Assembly (NCBI GenBank): GCA_963827235.1
Contig: CAWHAE010000010.1
Span: forward strand, 800,001 to 864,000
Source: an uncultured bacterium
GTDB lineage: Bacteria; Chloroflexota; UBA5177; JANWHV01
Length of the DNA stretch: 64,000 nt
Reading direction: 5' to 3'
Shown here: positions 19,343 through 29,242 of the stretch, one piece after another
How the letters are laid out: each line of letters starts with the position of its first letter
How positions within the stretch are numbered: position 1 is the stretch's first letter
The notes under the pieces: generated by a model
Database searches by the model: none
What the model was told of the DNA's origin: nothing
What the model saw: only the letters and a program-made list of their open reading frames with translations
Made by a program: the position numbers and the translations under genes

Positions 19343-20136
19343 GTTCTCGATCCTCAACTCGGCGCGACGCACTCTATCAGTCAGGAACGCCGCGGGAGCG
19401 CATCGACGCGCAGGGCCCGCCGCGCCGAGAGAAGCGCCGTGGGACCGCACTGTGATCCGACAGCAGTGTAGCGCATGCCGGCAGGCGGGTGTCGACAGTC
19501 GGCGTCGGCGCGCATCGGTAGTCGATATACAAGGACTTCGCGGGATCGTCACCCGGGGTCACGGCCGGCTCGGCTGACGCCGGGCGCCGGCGTTCTCGAC
19601 CGGCAGATTGGACGGCGTCTGGAACGAGGCGGAGCGGCCTCGGGCAGAGCCGGTTCCCAGAGCGGGATGACGCCAGCGGCTCAGCGGCTTGGCGAGGGAA
19701 GCCGGGCCGACATCTACAACGGATCAACACGTGTTGACGGCAGGGACCGCTCTTGATAGCCCAAACAGGCCATTTGGATCGGAAGAATACCCAACTATAC
19801 TTGTGGTCAGCTAGAGGACTAGGCGTCCCGATCTCCTGCGGCTTCCGTTGCCTGCCGGAAGCGCGCGGCGAGGGCAACTGGAGGTGATTGTCACTGTGCT
19901 GACCGCGTCTGGGTGCGTCCAGATCTCCCGCGATGGCAGACGATCGCAATCGTGCGCTTGCCGGTCGATTCTCACCGTCCAGGAGTGCAAGGTAGCCAAA
20001 CCGAGGTGGCAGCGCACAGCCGAAACCGCAAATCCATGAGGTCGGGGCGGAATCTAGCGCGCGGACGGGCGCATCCGGCGAGGAAAAGCTAGACCAGTTG
20101 GTCGCAGGTTTGAGGCAATGAGGCGGCTCGAGAGGT

Positions 20137-20631
20137 ATGTTCACCAAACGGCAATCGGCGCAAGACGCGTACACCAAGGGCCTCAAGGCAGAGGCAGACG
20201 GCAACCTCAAGGAAGCGCTGCGGTGCTTCAAGATCGCGGCCGAGCGCGCTCCCAACGAGATCCGGCACCTGGAGGCGATGGGCCGCGTGCTGGAAGCGAT
20301 GGGCAAGATGGCGCTCGCGACCGAATGGTATATGCGAGCGGCTCGCGTTCAGATGGCTTCCTCGGGTGAAAGTCAGAAAGGTCCACCGGAGGCCCTCGAT
20401 CCGGTCGTCGAAGCTGCGTGGGTGCACAATCTGAAAGCCAACCAGCTCGACGAGGAGCAAGCTGCTGCCGCAATAGAACGCGTGCGCGCTCTGCTCTCGG
20501 CACTGGGTCCGGATCCAGTCGCCTATCGAAAGCTGGCAATGTTGCTCGGACGAGTAGGTCGCATCGGCGAAACGGCGACGCTTTTCGGTGACGCGCACAG
20601 GGCGGAATTGCGCGGAATGCGTTGGCGTTAG
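20137..20631 (+). CDS. TPR-repeat protein, first clear gene of the chemosensory operon
   Basis: GNLKEALRCFKIAAERAP and AYRKLAMLLGRVGRIGE TPR-like helices; SD GAGAGG. Confidence 0.65.
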   Translation: MFTKRQSAQDAYTKGLKAEADGNLKEALRCFKIAAERAPNEIRHLEAMGRVLEAMGKMALATEWYMRAARVQMASSGESQKGPPEALDPVVEAAWVHNLKANQLDEEQAAAAIERVRALLSALGPDPVAYRKLAMLLGRVGRIGETATLFGDAHRAELRGMRWR

Positions 20632-20685
20632 CAAGGCGCTGCCGGCCGTGGGAATCCGGTCGGTGGGCGCAGGAAGGGGCGTAGG

Positions 20686-21180
20686 TTGGCAACGCGCAGA
20701 CGGGTCATTCTAGTCGTGGAGGATTCCGACACCATGTGGTTCCTCTACAACGATCTTCTCGGCGAGGACTACGAGCTCAGGCGAGCCAAGGACGGGCGAG
20801 AGGCAGTGCACGAGGTCGTGCGCATTCGCCCGGACCTGATCGTGCTGGACTGGACGCTGGATGACATTCGCGCCTGGGACGAAGAGTCGGAAGCCGCGAC
20901 GGTGACTGCACCGTCGCGTAACCACGCGCAGAAAACGATCAGCGGACTGGACGTGCTGCGCGCCGTCAAGCGCTCTCCGCTCAAGAGCATTCCCGTGATC
21001 ATGCTTACGGGTCACAGCGGGCTGCACGAGAAGTTGATCGGAAGGCTGTTCAGGGCAGATAAGTACCTGACCAAACCGTTGGACGAAGACGAGTTTGTGA
21101 AGACGGTGCATTCGTTCCTGGCGCCGGCTGCGCCGCGGTATGCCACCCGAATGATGGCGCGAGAGGAGGTTGGCGCATGA
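20686..21180 (+). CDS. Single-domain response regulator, PilG-like
   Basis: ILVVEDS, PDLIVLD phosphoacceptor, IPVIMLTG..GL.EK..GR....KYLTKP. Confidence 0.85.
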   Translation: MATRRRVILVVEDSDTMWFLYNDLLGEDYELRRAKDGREAVHEVVRIRPDLIVLDWTLDDIRAWDEESEAATVTAPSRNHAQKTISGLDVLRAVKRSPLKSIPVIMLTGHSGLHEKLIGRLFRADKYLTKPLDEDEFVKTVHSFLAPAAPRYATRMMAREEVGA

Positions 21181-21665
21181 ATGGGACGGCAGGACCCGCC
21201 CAGGGCGAGCGAGGCGAGAATCTGCAGTCACACTATATCGTCGAGCTGGCCGGCGATCTCTACGCGATACCACAGCTCACGGACATGACACTGTCCTGGG
21301 TCCAGCGCCCACTGGAGCCGACCTTCCTGCCAACCTTGCCTTCTTGGTGCCTCGGTCTCGTCAACGAGCGCAACACACCGGTCCTCCTGGTCGACCCACG
21401 TGGACTGCTCGGTCTACCGCCGTCGGACTCGGCACAAGAGGGGCAGCAGGCACGCCACGTGTTCGTCGAGCGGCAGGGCGAGACGATCGGTTTCGCCGTG
21501 GATCGCACACGGCGGTTCCGGCACCTTCCTGCCCAGGCGATGCCCGCGGACGGTGACCTGGTCGCGGGAGTCGTGCGCGAGGGCGACGAAGTAGTGCGGG
21601 TGTTGAACTTGCCGGCAATCTGGCGAACGATTCTGCAGCAGCTTGCGGTGCCCGGCGCGGCCTGA
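21177..21665 (+). CDS. cheW: CheW-like coupling protein (PilI-like)
   Basis: LPTLPSWCLGLVNERNTPVLLVDPRGLLG, IGFAVD, VRVLNLPAI. Confidence 0.8.
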   Translation: MNGTAGPAQGERGENLQSHYIVELAGDLYAIPQLTDMTLSWVQRPLEPTFLPTLPSWCLGLVNERNTPVLLVDPRGLLGLPPSDSAQEGQQARHVFVERQGETIGFAVDRTRRFRHLPAQAMPADGDLVAGVVREGDEVVRVLNLPAIWRTILQQLAVPGAA

Positions 21666-21748
21666 ATCTCTCGATACGCAAGTGGTCAAGGCCGCAGTGT
21701 GCGTGCTGGGCCTGAATAAGTCTGAGTTTCCTGAATTGGAGTGAATAC

Positions 21749-23628
21749 GTGAGGCGATTCGCGCGCATGCCGCTCATCACCCGCATTCTGGCTGTGACTG
21801 CGCTTCTATTTGTCTTGATGCTCGGTTCCGTGGTCCTCGCGGTACGCCAAACAGTGTCAAACACAATGACGGACCAGGCCAAGACCCGCGTCAATCAGGC
21901 AACTACCCTGGCCCTTGCCCTGGCAGCAACCCTTGGCAAACCAACTCTCCAGCACGGTCAGCTCTACTACGGCACGCGCCTCTTCGACGGCTATGAAGGC
22001 TTCGTCGACGCCGTCAAGAACGGCACAGGCGTCGATGACAGCGTCTTCAAGGTCGAGGCCGACGGCCAAGCCCACCGCATCGCTACCACCGTCATGGAGA
22101 ACGGCAAGCGCGCGCTGGGCACGTTGCTCACGGGTCCCGCCGCGGTGGCGTTCACTCACGGCCAGGTCTACACCGGCGTGGCGCCAGTCCTGGGGACCGA
22201 TTTCGAGGCGCGGTACACGCCCATAGTGGGTGCCGACGGTAAGCCGCTCGGCGTAATCGCGACCGCTCAGAGCCTGGCCTCCATCAGTTCCACAACGAAC
22301 CAGATCTTCGTCGAGGTTTTCTTGATTGGTGGCGCGGCGCTGCTCATCAGCTTGGGTCTGCTCTTCCTGGTCCTGCGCCCAATCGGTCGTGCCGTCTCGC
22401 AGGTAGCATTCGCCGCGCGCGGTCTCTCCAAGGGCGACCTGAACCAGCAGATTCAGGTACAGGGCGAGGACGAAGTGGGCGAGATGGCCAACGCCTTCCG
22501 CGCCATGATCTCCTACCAGAAGCAGGCAGTGGCAGAGGTGGAGGACCGCACGAACAAGCTGATCAGCGCTGAGGCAGCTGCGCGCGAGAAAGCCCTGCAG
22601 CTTGAGCAAAGCGTGACACAGCTCGTAGAAGACCTCGCGCCGGCAACCGATGGGGACCTGACCATTCGTCCGCACTTGTCGGCCGAGGCCGGCGACGTGG
22701 CCGTGGTAGCCGACTTCACCGGCGTGCTGATCTCGACCTTCGCCGACGTGGCCCGCTCGGTTCGCCTGGCGAGCAACCAGGTACAGCAGAACAGCGAGCA
22801 GCTCACAGCCCGTGTCCAGCAGCTCGCTCGGAAGTGCAAGCAGCGCACCGAACAGGTGACAGGACACGGCCAAGGTGGCCGACCAGATCGCAGACTCGGC
22901 AACCAACGTGCTGAGCAGCATCGAGCTGGTTACCCGTTCGACCCAGGAAGCAGGCAGAGCGTGGATCAGCGGAAACTGCCGCGGTGTCGCAGACGCTCGA
23001 GCGCATGGACGCCGTGCGAGCCACCATGATCCAGGCCACGCGCCAGATCAAGAAGCTGTCCGATTCGTCACTGGCCATGAACAGCACGGTTGGATTGGTA
23101 CTCCAGTTCGCCGGCGACCTCGAGCTGCTCGCCGACAACGCGCAGATCGAAGCAGCGCGGCACTCCGAAGGCGGCGGCGTGTTCACCGCCGTGGCCGAGC
23201 AGACCGGTCGTCTGGCCGAAGACGCGCAGAAGGCACTGACGGAGATCCAGACAGCAGTGCTCACCGAACCGTCAGGAAACGGCAGAGGTAGGCCGGCAGA
23301 TGGAGCAGGTGGCGACCGAAGTACTGGCGAGCGCCCGCGCCGTAGAAGAGGCTCGTGCCGCATTCAACGACATCACGCGCAGTGTTCGCGACCTGGGAAG
23401 CTTCGTCGAGACAGTCAACGGCGTGGCTAATCGGCCCAGGTGGAAGTGGCCGAGTCGGTGAACACCGCCATGCGGCAGATCGCACTGTTCTTCGGGCAGA
23501 CGGTGGATGACGTACGGCTCTCGGAAGAGGATGCTCGGCAGCTCCGGCAGACCATCGATCGGCTCCGCTCTTCAATTGCCAACCTGAGGCTCGAATCGGA
23601 CGCGACGGCTGACGATCGCGCCGCCTAA
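21749..23628 (+). CDS. Methyl-accepting chemotaxis protein (TM-Cache-TM-HAMP-signalling), split by several apparent indels
   Basis: RIATTV..NGKRALGTLL Cache motif, GDLNQQI..EDEVGEMANAF HAMP, LLADNAQIEAAR tip; continues through ORFs 21749-23029, 22984-23430 and 23440-23628. Confidence 0.85.
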
Positions 23629-23715
23629 ACAGGCAAGTAACGCGGGCAGCGGCAGGTGGGCGCGGAGCGCGCCCACCTGCCGGGCTGGCGCGATGCGGGA
23701 GGAAAGAACAGAGCC

Positions 23716-24432
23716 ATGGCCGTCGACCATGTCACAATTGCCACCGGCATTCCGGTGGCTTCGGAGAGAGCGAGCTTCGCACGCTTTCGCGTTCTGGAGG
23801 GGTCGTCAGAGCTGCTCCTCAGCCAGTTTCGTCTCCATGCGAAGCGAGTGCGAGCTCTTGCCGCCGCCTATCGCCGCGAAACAAGACGTCTCCAGGCCGG
23901 CGTGAGTCCCGAGCTCGCACGCATCGACGTCAGTCTGGATCGCATCGCGCAGCTCACCACTGTCGCGTTGGGCGCTACCGATACGGCGTTTGTGCGGACG
24001 TTCAGCAGCATCAGCGCGATGGACTACTATTTCGAGACGACCGACGTGGAGCACCCGGAGTTTACTCCGGCTCAACGCATCGCGGCGCAGTCCAAGGATC
24101 TGCTCGACTTTCTGCGCGGCAAACATGCCGAGGCGAGTGAAGCCCTCAGAGCGGTTGTGCAGGAGCTGGTAGTAAACGCCAACAATCTGGCTATCGTGGT
24201 CGGCCAGCCCGGTGCGCAGCCACTGGAGCACTTCCGGGTCATCATTCGACAGATGCGCACGCAGAGCGGAACGACCTACGATCTGGGAGGCCGTCTCGAC
24301 GTATTCGTGCAGAATCTGGGTGCGACCCTGCAAGAGCTTGCTCCTACCGACTCGTTCAGAAACACGGTACTCGCCTCCCTGCGATCCCTCGGGGCGCAGC
24401 AGGCGGTGCCGGGCGGCGAAGGGGCGATGTAG
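23716..24432 (+). CDS. Hypothetical helical cytoplasmic protein, possibly a degenerate MCP signalling domain
   Basis: Lies between the MCP and CheA, abutting the CheA start; LVVNANNLAIVVG...FRVIIRQMR resembles an MCP hairpin tip. Confidence 0.55.
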   Translation: MAVDHVTIATGIPVASERASFARFRVLEGSSELLLSQFRLHAKRVRALAAAYRRETRRLQAGVSPELARIDVSLDRIAQLTTVALGATDTAFVRTFSSISAMDYYFETTDVEHPEFTPAQRIAAQSKDLLDFLRGKHAEASEALRAVVQELVVNANNLAIVVGQPGAQPLEHFRVIIRQMRTQSGTTYDLGGRLDVFVQNLGATLQELAPTDSFRNTVLASLRSLGAQQAVPGGEGAM

Positions 24433-27400
24433 ATGACTGCCGAACTGGTCAACAGCAGAACCCGCTATCAGACCCGCTTCATCGCCGAGCTCGGCCGCCG
24501 CTGCGAGGCCATCATCACCGCCTCACAGATGTTGCGCTCATCCGGGCTCCAGACGCTTCCCGAGGAAGGCAGCCCGGGCAGCGACGACCTCGTGCACGCC
24601 GTGGACGTCATTTACCGGCATGCGCACAGCGTCCGCGGCGCCGCGGGCACGCTGGGCATCGAGCCGGCCAGGGAAGTCGCGGACATTCTGGCGGAGATAG
24701 CCTTGCATCTCAACGAGCCCGGCATGCTGGGCGACGAGACTATCTGGGAGTTGGTCGGCAGGGGCGCTCACGCACTCGAGGTCTACGGCACAAGTATCGG
24801 CGGCGGCACCGAACCCGACCTTGCGTCGCTGGCCGACTTCGCGGTTATTCTTCGACGCGACTTCGAGTATCGCTTCGCCCCGCCCGAGGACGCCGTAGAC
24901 GACTTTGCCGAGGTGGCGCGCGTCCTGCGTCTCTCGGAGGAAGAGATCGCCGCTTTTCGATTTCCGACCGAGGACCTGCGAAAGACGACGGTCCAGGATC
25001 AGGCTCCGCAAACCGCGGAGGGCGCCGCAAACCAGGCGCCGATGGCGCCGGTCGAAATGCAAGCCGTGGAGTCTATGCCCACGGCGGTGATAGAGGTGCC
25101 GGATGTCCTTCCGGTGGGCGCGAATGGCGCCGCGGAAGCGATGGCGGCCGAGGCCAAGGACCTTGAGACTGTCTCCGCGGTGACCCCGTCCGTCGCGCCG
25201 CTCGAAGCAGCATCCGAGTCCGGCCAAGTTCAAACTGCCGAGATCGCCTCGCCTGTCACGGCAAGCGAGCCTGCTCCGCTCGCATCGCCGGTGATCTCCC
25301 GGCGCGTGACCATCTTCTGCGAGAGCAGCCTGCGTATGCTGGAGCAAAGCGCTAGCGCGCTCGAGCGCGTGGCGAGTGACCGCTGGGATTCTGGCGGCCA
25401 TGCGAACGCTCAGGCGCGTGTTCCACACCATCAAGGGCGATGGCCGCCAGGCCGGTTTCCCCCAGCTCGCCCGGCTCTCCGAGGCGGCCGAGGACGTCTT
25501 TGACAGCATCTTCGACCATCGTGCGGCCCATCCGGCGGACGAGGTGGGAGTGCCTCGCGACGCCGTGGCGATGCTCGATCGAGCCCAGGCCGCGCTAGAG
25601 TCGCTGATGTCCGACCCGGCCGCGATTGCTCAGCGAGACCAGGAGCCGGACGAAGCGCTGATCGGTGACCTGTTGGCCGTCGTCACCCAGATCCCTGCCA
25701 CGCTTCCGGGCTCAGAGCAGCACGGCATGTCGGACGCTACCGAGGTGCAGCAGCATGAGGCCGGCAGCGCCACCGCAGGTGATGCCAACACGGCGGAAGC
25801 GCGGCGCCAGCGCCTGCTGCCCGCGTTCCTGGCGGAAGCCCGCCAGATCGGCGACGCGTTGCACCGGCAGGTCGATGTTCTGCGCGACGACGCGCTCAGC
25901 ATCGACGCCCTGCTCGGAGCCACGCGCTCGCTGCACACGCTGAAAGGCAACTCGGCCAGCATGCGCATCGAAGTGCTCGTACGTCTGGCCGACGCAGGCG
26001 AGACACTGCTCGAGCAGCTTGCGCTGGCGGCAGCACCGATCAACGCCGCGCAGATCGGTCTGCTGAGCGACCTCGACGGAGCGGTCCGCCACGTGATCGA
26101 CTGTGTCGATCACGGCGAGAGCCCCGACGCGAAAGCAATCGAGCCACTACTGGTCGCTCTGAAGGATCCGCGGAATGCGGTTGCCTTGGCGCCGGAGCCC
26201 GCGGTCACGGAGGAGCGGGCGCCGCAAGTCCAGTCAGGTGGTGCGGTCAGCATCGGTCAGTTGCGGGTCATGCCGCGCTCGGCGCCGCAGCCTGCACCGC
26301 AACGGCCCGCAGTGGAAGCGGCTCGCGAGCCGGCCGCCCCACCCAAGCCCATGTTCTCGCCGCGCAGCTCTTCGGAGCCGGAGCGCTCGCGGCAGGAACG
26401 GCGTACCCTGACGGAAAGCCTGACCACCGTCGATCTGGGCGATGTGAATCGCGCGATCGACCTGTTCGGCAGACTGGTCACCTCACGTACCATGATCGCG
26501 CGCGGCATCCAGGTGCTCCGGCAGCCCGTATCCGAAAGCGCCCGCAACAGCGTACGCTTGCGCGGGATTATCGACCGTCTGGCGTCAGAGTTCGAAGTCG
26601 TGCGACGCGAGCGTCGCGCGGCGTCACAAAGCGAAGGCTGGGATCCGGTCGAGCTGGAGACGTTCGACGCCTATACCCAGATCATGCTCGAGCTGGGGGA
26701 AATCGTCGCCGACCAGGAAGAAATCGCCGATTCGTTGCAGGACGGCGTACGCCGGACGGCCATGATCTGCGAGGGCGACCTGGAATCCACCGACCAACTG
26801 CAGCAATCCCTGCTCGGCTTCCGGCTGGTCAGGCTGAACACCATCGAGCCGAGACTCGAGCAAGTCGTGTCATCCACTGCCAGGTCGGTGGGCAAGCAGA
26901 TCAACTGGCGCCTGCGCGGCGGCTCCATCGCTCTTGACAAGGCCGTGCTCGACGCGGTGCAGGAGCCCCTGTTGCATCTACTGCGCAACGCCATCGACCA
27001 CGGCATCGAGGCAGCGGATGTACGTCTGGCGGCCGGCAAGCCGGCAGCCGGCACGGTCACCATCGACGCCGCCTACGGCTCGAACAGCGTGATCATTCGA
27101 GTGGTCGACGACGGTTGCGGCATCGACCCGCAGCGGGTCGCGGCGGCGGCCGTGCGGCGGGGCCTGGTGACTCAGGAGGTGGCACGCTCGCTCGATACGC
27201 GGGCGCTGCTGAACCTGATCTGGCAGCCCGGCTTCTCTACCGCCGAGGCGGTGACGGACATCAGCGGTCGCGGCGTGGGCCTGGATATCGTGCAGAGCGC
27301 ACTAACCCGCGTTCGCGGCAGCGTCTCCGTTCAGAGCCATCCCGGCCGCGGCACGACCTTCAGCTTGAGCTTGCCGCTCAGTCTGACCGTCGTGCGAACG

Positions 27401-28255
27401 CTGCTGTTGCGTGACGGTAAGGCCGCCGTGGCCGTCCCCATCGCGCAGATCGAGGGCGTTCACCTGGTTAGCAGGGAAAACATCACCCACCTACACGACC
27501 GCACGGCAGCGCTCATCGAAGGACGAACGATCACGGTCCTGCCTCAGGGATTGGCTCGCCCCGTGGCCTTCGAAGAACGGCTCTCGGGCGACACTTCAAC
27601 GGTGCTCGAAGTGCGCGTAGGACCCGACCGCACCGTGGGGTTCTTGATCGACGAGGTACTGGGTGAAGAGGATACGCTGGTCAAGGCCCTGCCCAGCTAC
27701 CTGGCGCACATCAGCACCTTCGTAGGCTGCAGCGTAGGCGGTGACGGTCGTCCGTATGCTATCGTCGATCCCCGCCATCTGGCAGGGTTCAGCGCGGGCG
27801 GCAGAGAGGCGCGCGGAGCGGACTCGCCTCTACCGGCGTATTCGCCGACGAATGCGCAGACGGGCAAGCCGCTGGCCATCGTGGTCGACGACAGCCTGTT
27901 CATGCGCCGGTCGCTCGCCGAAGTATATGCCGAGGCTGGATTCCGGGTCGATACGGCCGAGGACGGCGAAGCTGCCCTGGCGATCATCGCCCGCACTGGC
28001 ATGCCTGAGCTGATCTCACTGGACATGGAGATGCCCAGAATGAACGGCTTGGAGATGCTCTCCATCCTCCGCCAGTTGCCGGGCGGGCAGCACGTGCCGG
28101 TCTTCATGATCACCACGCGCGGGCAGGATCGCCATCGGGCGGCGGCGATCAAGGCAGGCGTCACCCGCTACTTCATCAAACCCTTCAGCAGCGAAGAACT
28201 GCTGGCAGCGGCGAGGGACGAGTGTCGCAGCTCGCTGGCAAGCAGGATCGCGTAG
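24433..28255 (+). CDS. cheA: Hybrid CheA/ChpA-like kinase (3 Hpt, HATPase, CheW, REC), apparent +1 indel near 25390
   Basis: Hpt motifs HAHSVRGAAG, VFHTIKG, LHTLKG; HLLRNAIDHGIE, DDGCGID, GFSTA...SGRGVGLD; C-terminal VVDDS..LDMEMP..KPF. Confidence 0.9.
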
Positions 28256-28272
28256 GTTCGGAGGGATTGGTG

Positions 28273-28716
28273 ATGACTGGCAGAGGTTCGAGCTACGACC
28301 GAGTAGGCGTCATCCAGATAGGTGGTCTGTCGTTCGGCGTGCCGCTTTCGGACGTTGAGCGATTCCTCTCGTCAACGCAGCTCAGAACGGTGGAGGACCA
28401 CGTTCCGTGGATCAAAGGGGGTGTTCAAGAACTGGGTAGCGCGGATCTCATGCCTGTAGTCGATCTGGCCGTTCTCTGGCAGGAGCGGCGGCTGGAAGGA
28501 AGGTGGACGCACCTGGTGTGCACGCGCGCGGGCTTTGCCTTTGGCGCAACGAGCTATACGACGACAAGTATGCACGAGATTCACACGTTGCGGCCGGGAC
28601 CGTGGAATCCCGCTCTTGGGCGCGCCGTGGTGATTGACGATCGGCCTCTCCCTGTGTTGGATGTATATCGATTAGTTCAAGTCGACCAGTGGCAGGCACT
28701 TGCTGTGCCGGCCTGA
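28273..28716 (+). CDS. Divergent CheW-like protein (ChpC-like)
   Basis: IGGLSFGVPLSDVERF, VPWIKG, MPVVDLA, LPVLDVYRL. Confidence 0.7.
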   Translation: MTGRGSSYDRVGVIQIGGLSFGVPLSDVERFLSSTQLRTVEDHVPWIKGGVQELGSADLMPVVDLAVLWQERRLEGRWTHLVCTRAGFAFGATSYTTTSMHEIHTLRPGPWNPALGRAVVIDDRPLPVLDVYRLVQVDQWQALAVPA

Positions 28717-28741
28717 ACCGAGATATTGAGAGGGAAGACAG

Positions 28742-29113
28742 ATGAAGATCCTAGTTGTCGACGACGATCCCAGCGCGCGCGATTTTGCCTGCGACGTGTT
28801 GAAGCGAGGCGGCTATAACGTCGTCGAAGCCGAAGATGGTCAGGCGGCACTGGCCAGGCTCAACGAGTCCACGCCCGACTGTATTGTCCTCGACCTGATC
28901 ATGCCGGGGCTCAGTGGGTTCGACACGCTTCGCGAAATGCGGAAGAACCACGCGCATCTGCCGCCCGTGATCGTGCTGACCAGTATGGATGGCGGTGGAA
29001 CGAAGACATATGCCATGAAGGTCAACAAGGCGGACGCCTTCATCACCAAGACCGCACTGCTCGATCCCAACATGGGCCTGCTCGCTGAAGTGAGGAGAGT
29101 GGCACCCAGGTAG
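28742..29113 (+). CDS. Single-domain response regulator (CheY/PilH-like)
   Basis: MKILVVDDD, PDCIVLDLIMPGLSG, VIVLTS, FITK. Confidence 0.9.
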   Translation: MKILVVDDDPSARDFACDVLKRGGYNVVEAEDGQAALARLNESTPDCIVLDLIMPGLSGFDTLREMRKNHAHLPPVIVLTSMDGGGTKTYAMKVNKADAFITKTALLDPNMGLLAEVRRVAPR

Positions 29114-29137
29114 CCATCGATCCGGGCCGCTGCTTTC

Positions 29138-29183
29138 GGCGGGAAGACCGCGGACTTCTGGGCAAGTCCGCGGTTTTCCCGCC
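29138..29183. terminator. Strong hairpin between convergent genes (probable bidirectional terminator)
   Basis: GGCGGGAAGACCGCGGACTT pairs with AAGTCCGCGGTTTTCCCGCC as a 20-bp stem. Confidence 0.7.
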
Positions 29184-29242
29184 TACGGTCCGCGTGCGCG
29201 TGCCCGCGGTTGAACGGCCCGGACCGATCGGCAGCGCGGGAC

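Noticed and set aside
19990-20100. Possible cyclic-dinucleotide riboswitch upstream of the chemosensory operon
   Set aside because: Only fragmentary similarity; the conserved c-di-GMP-I or ydaO cores could not be assembled by eye.
22800-23450. Programmed frameshifting or split genes in the MCP
   Set aside because: Several compensating indels without slippery sites; the protein reads continuously once corrected.
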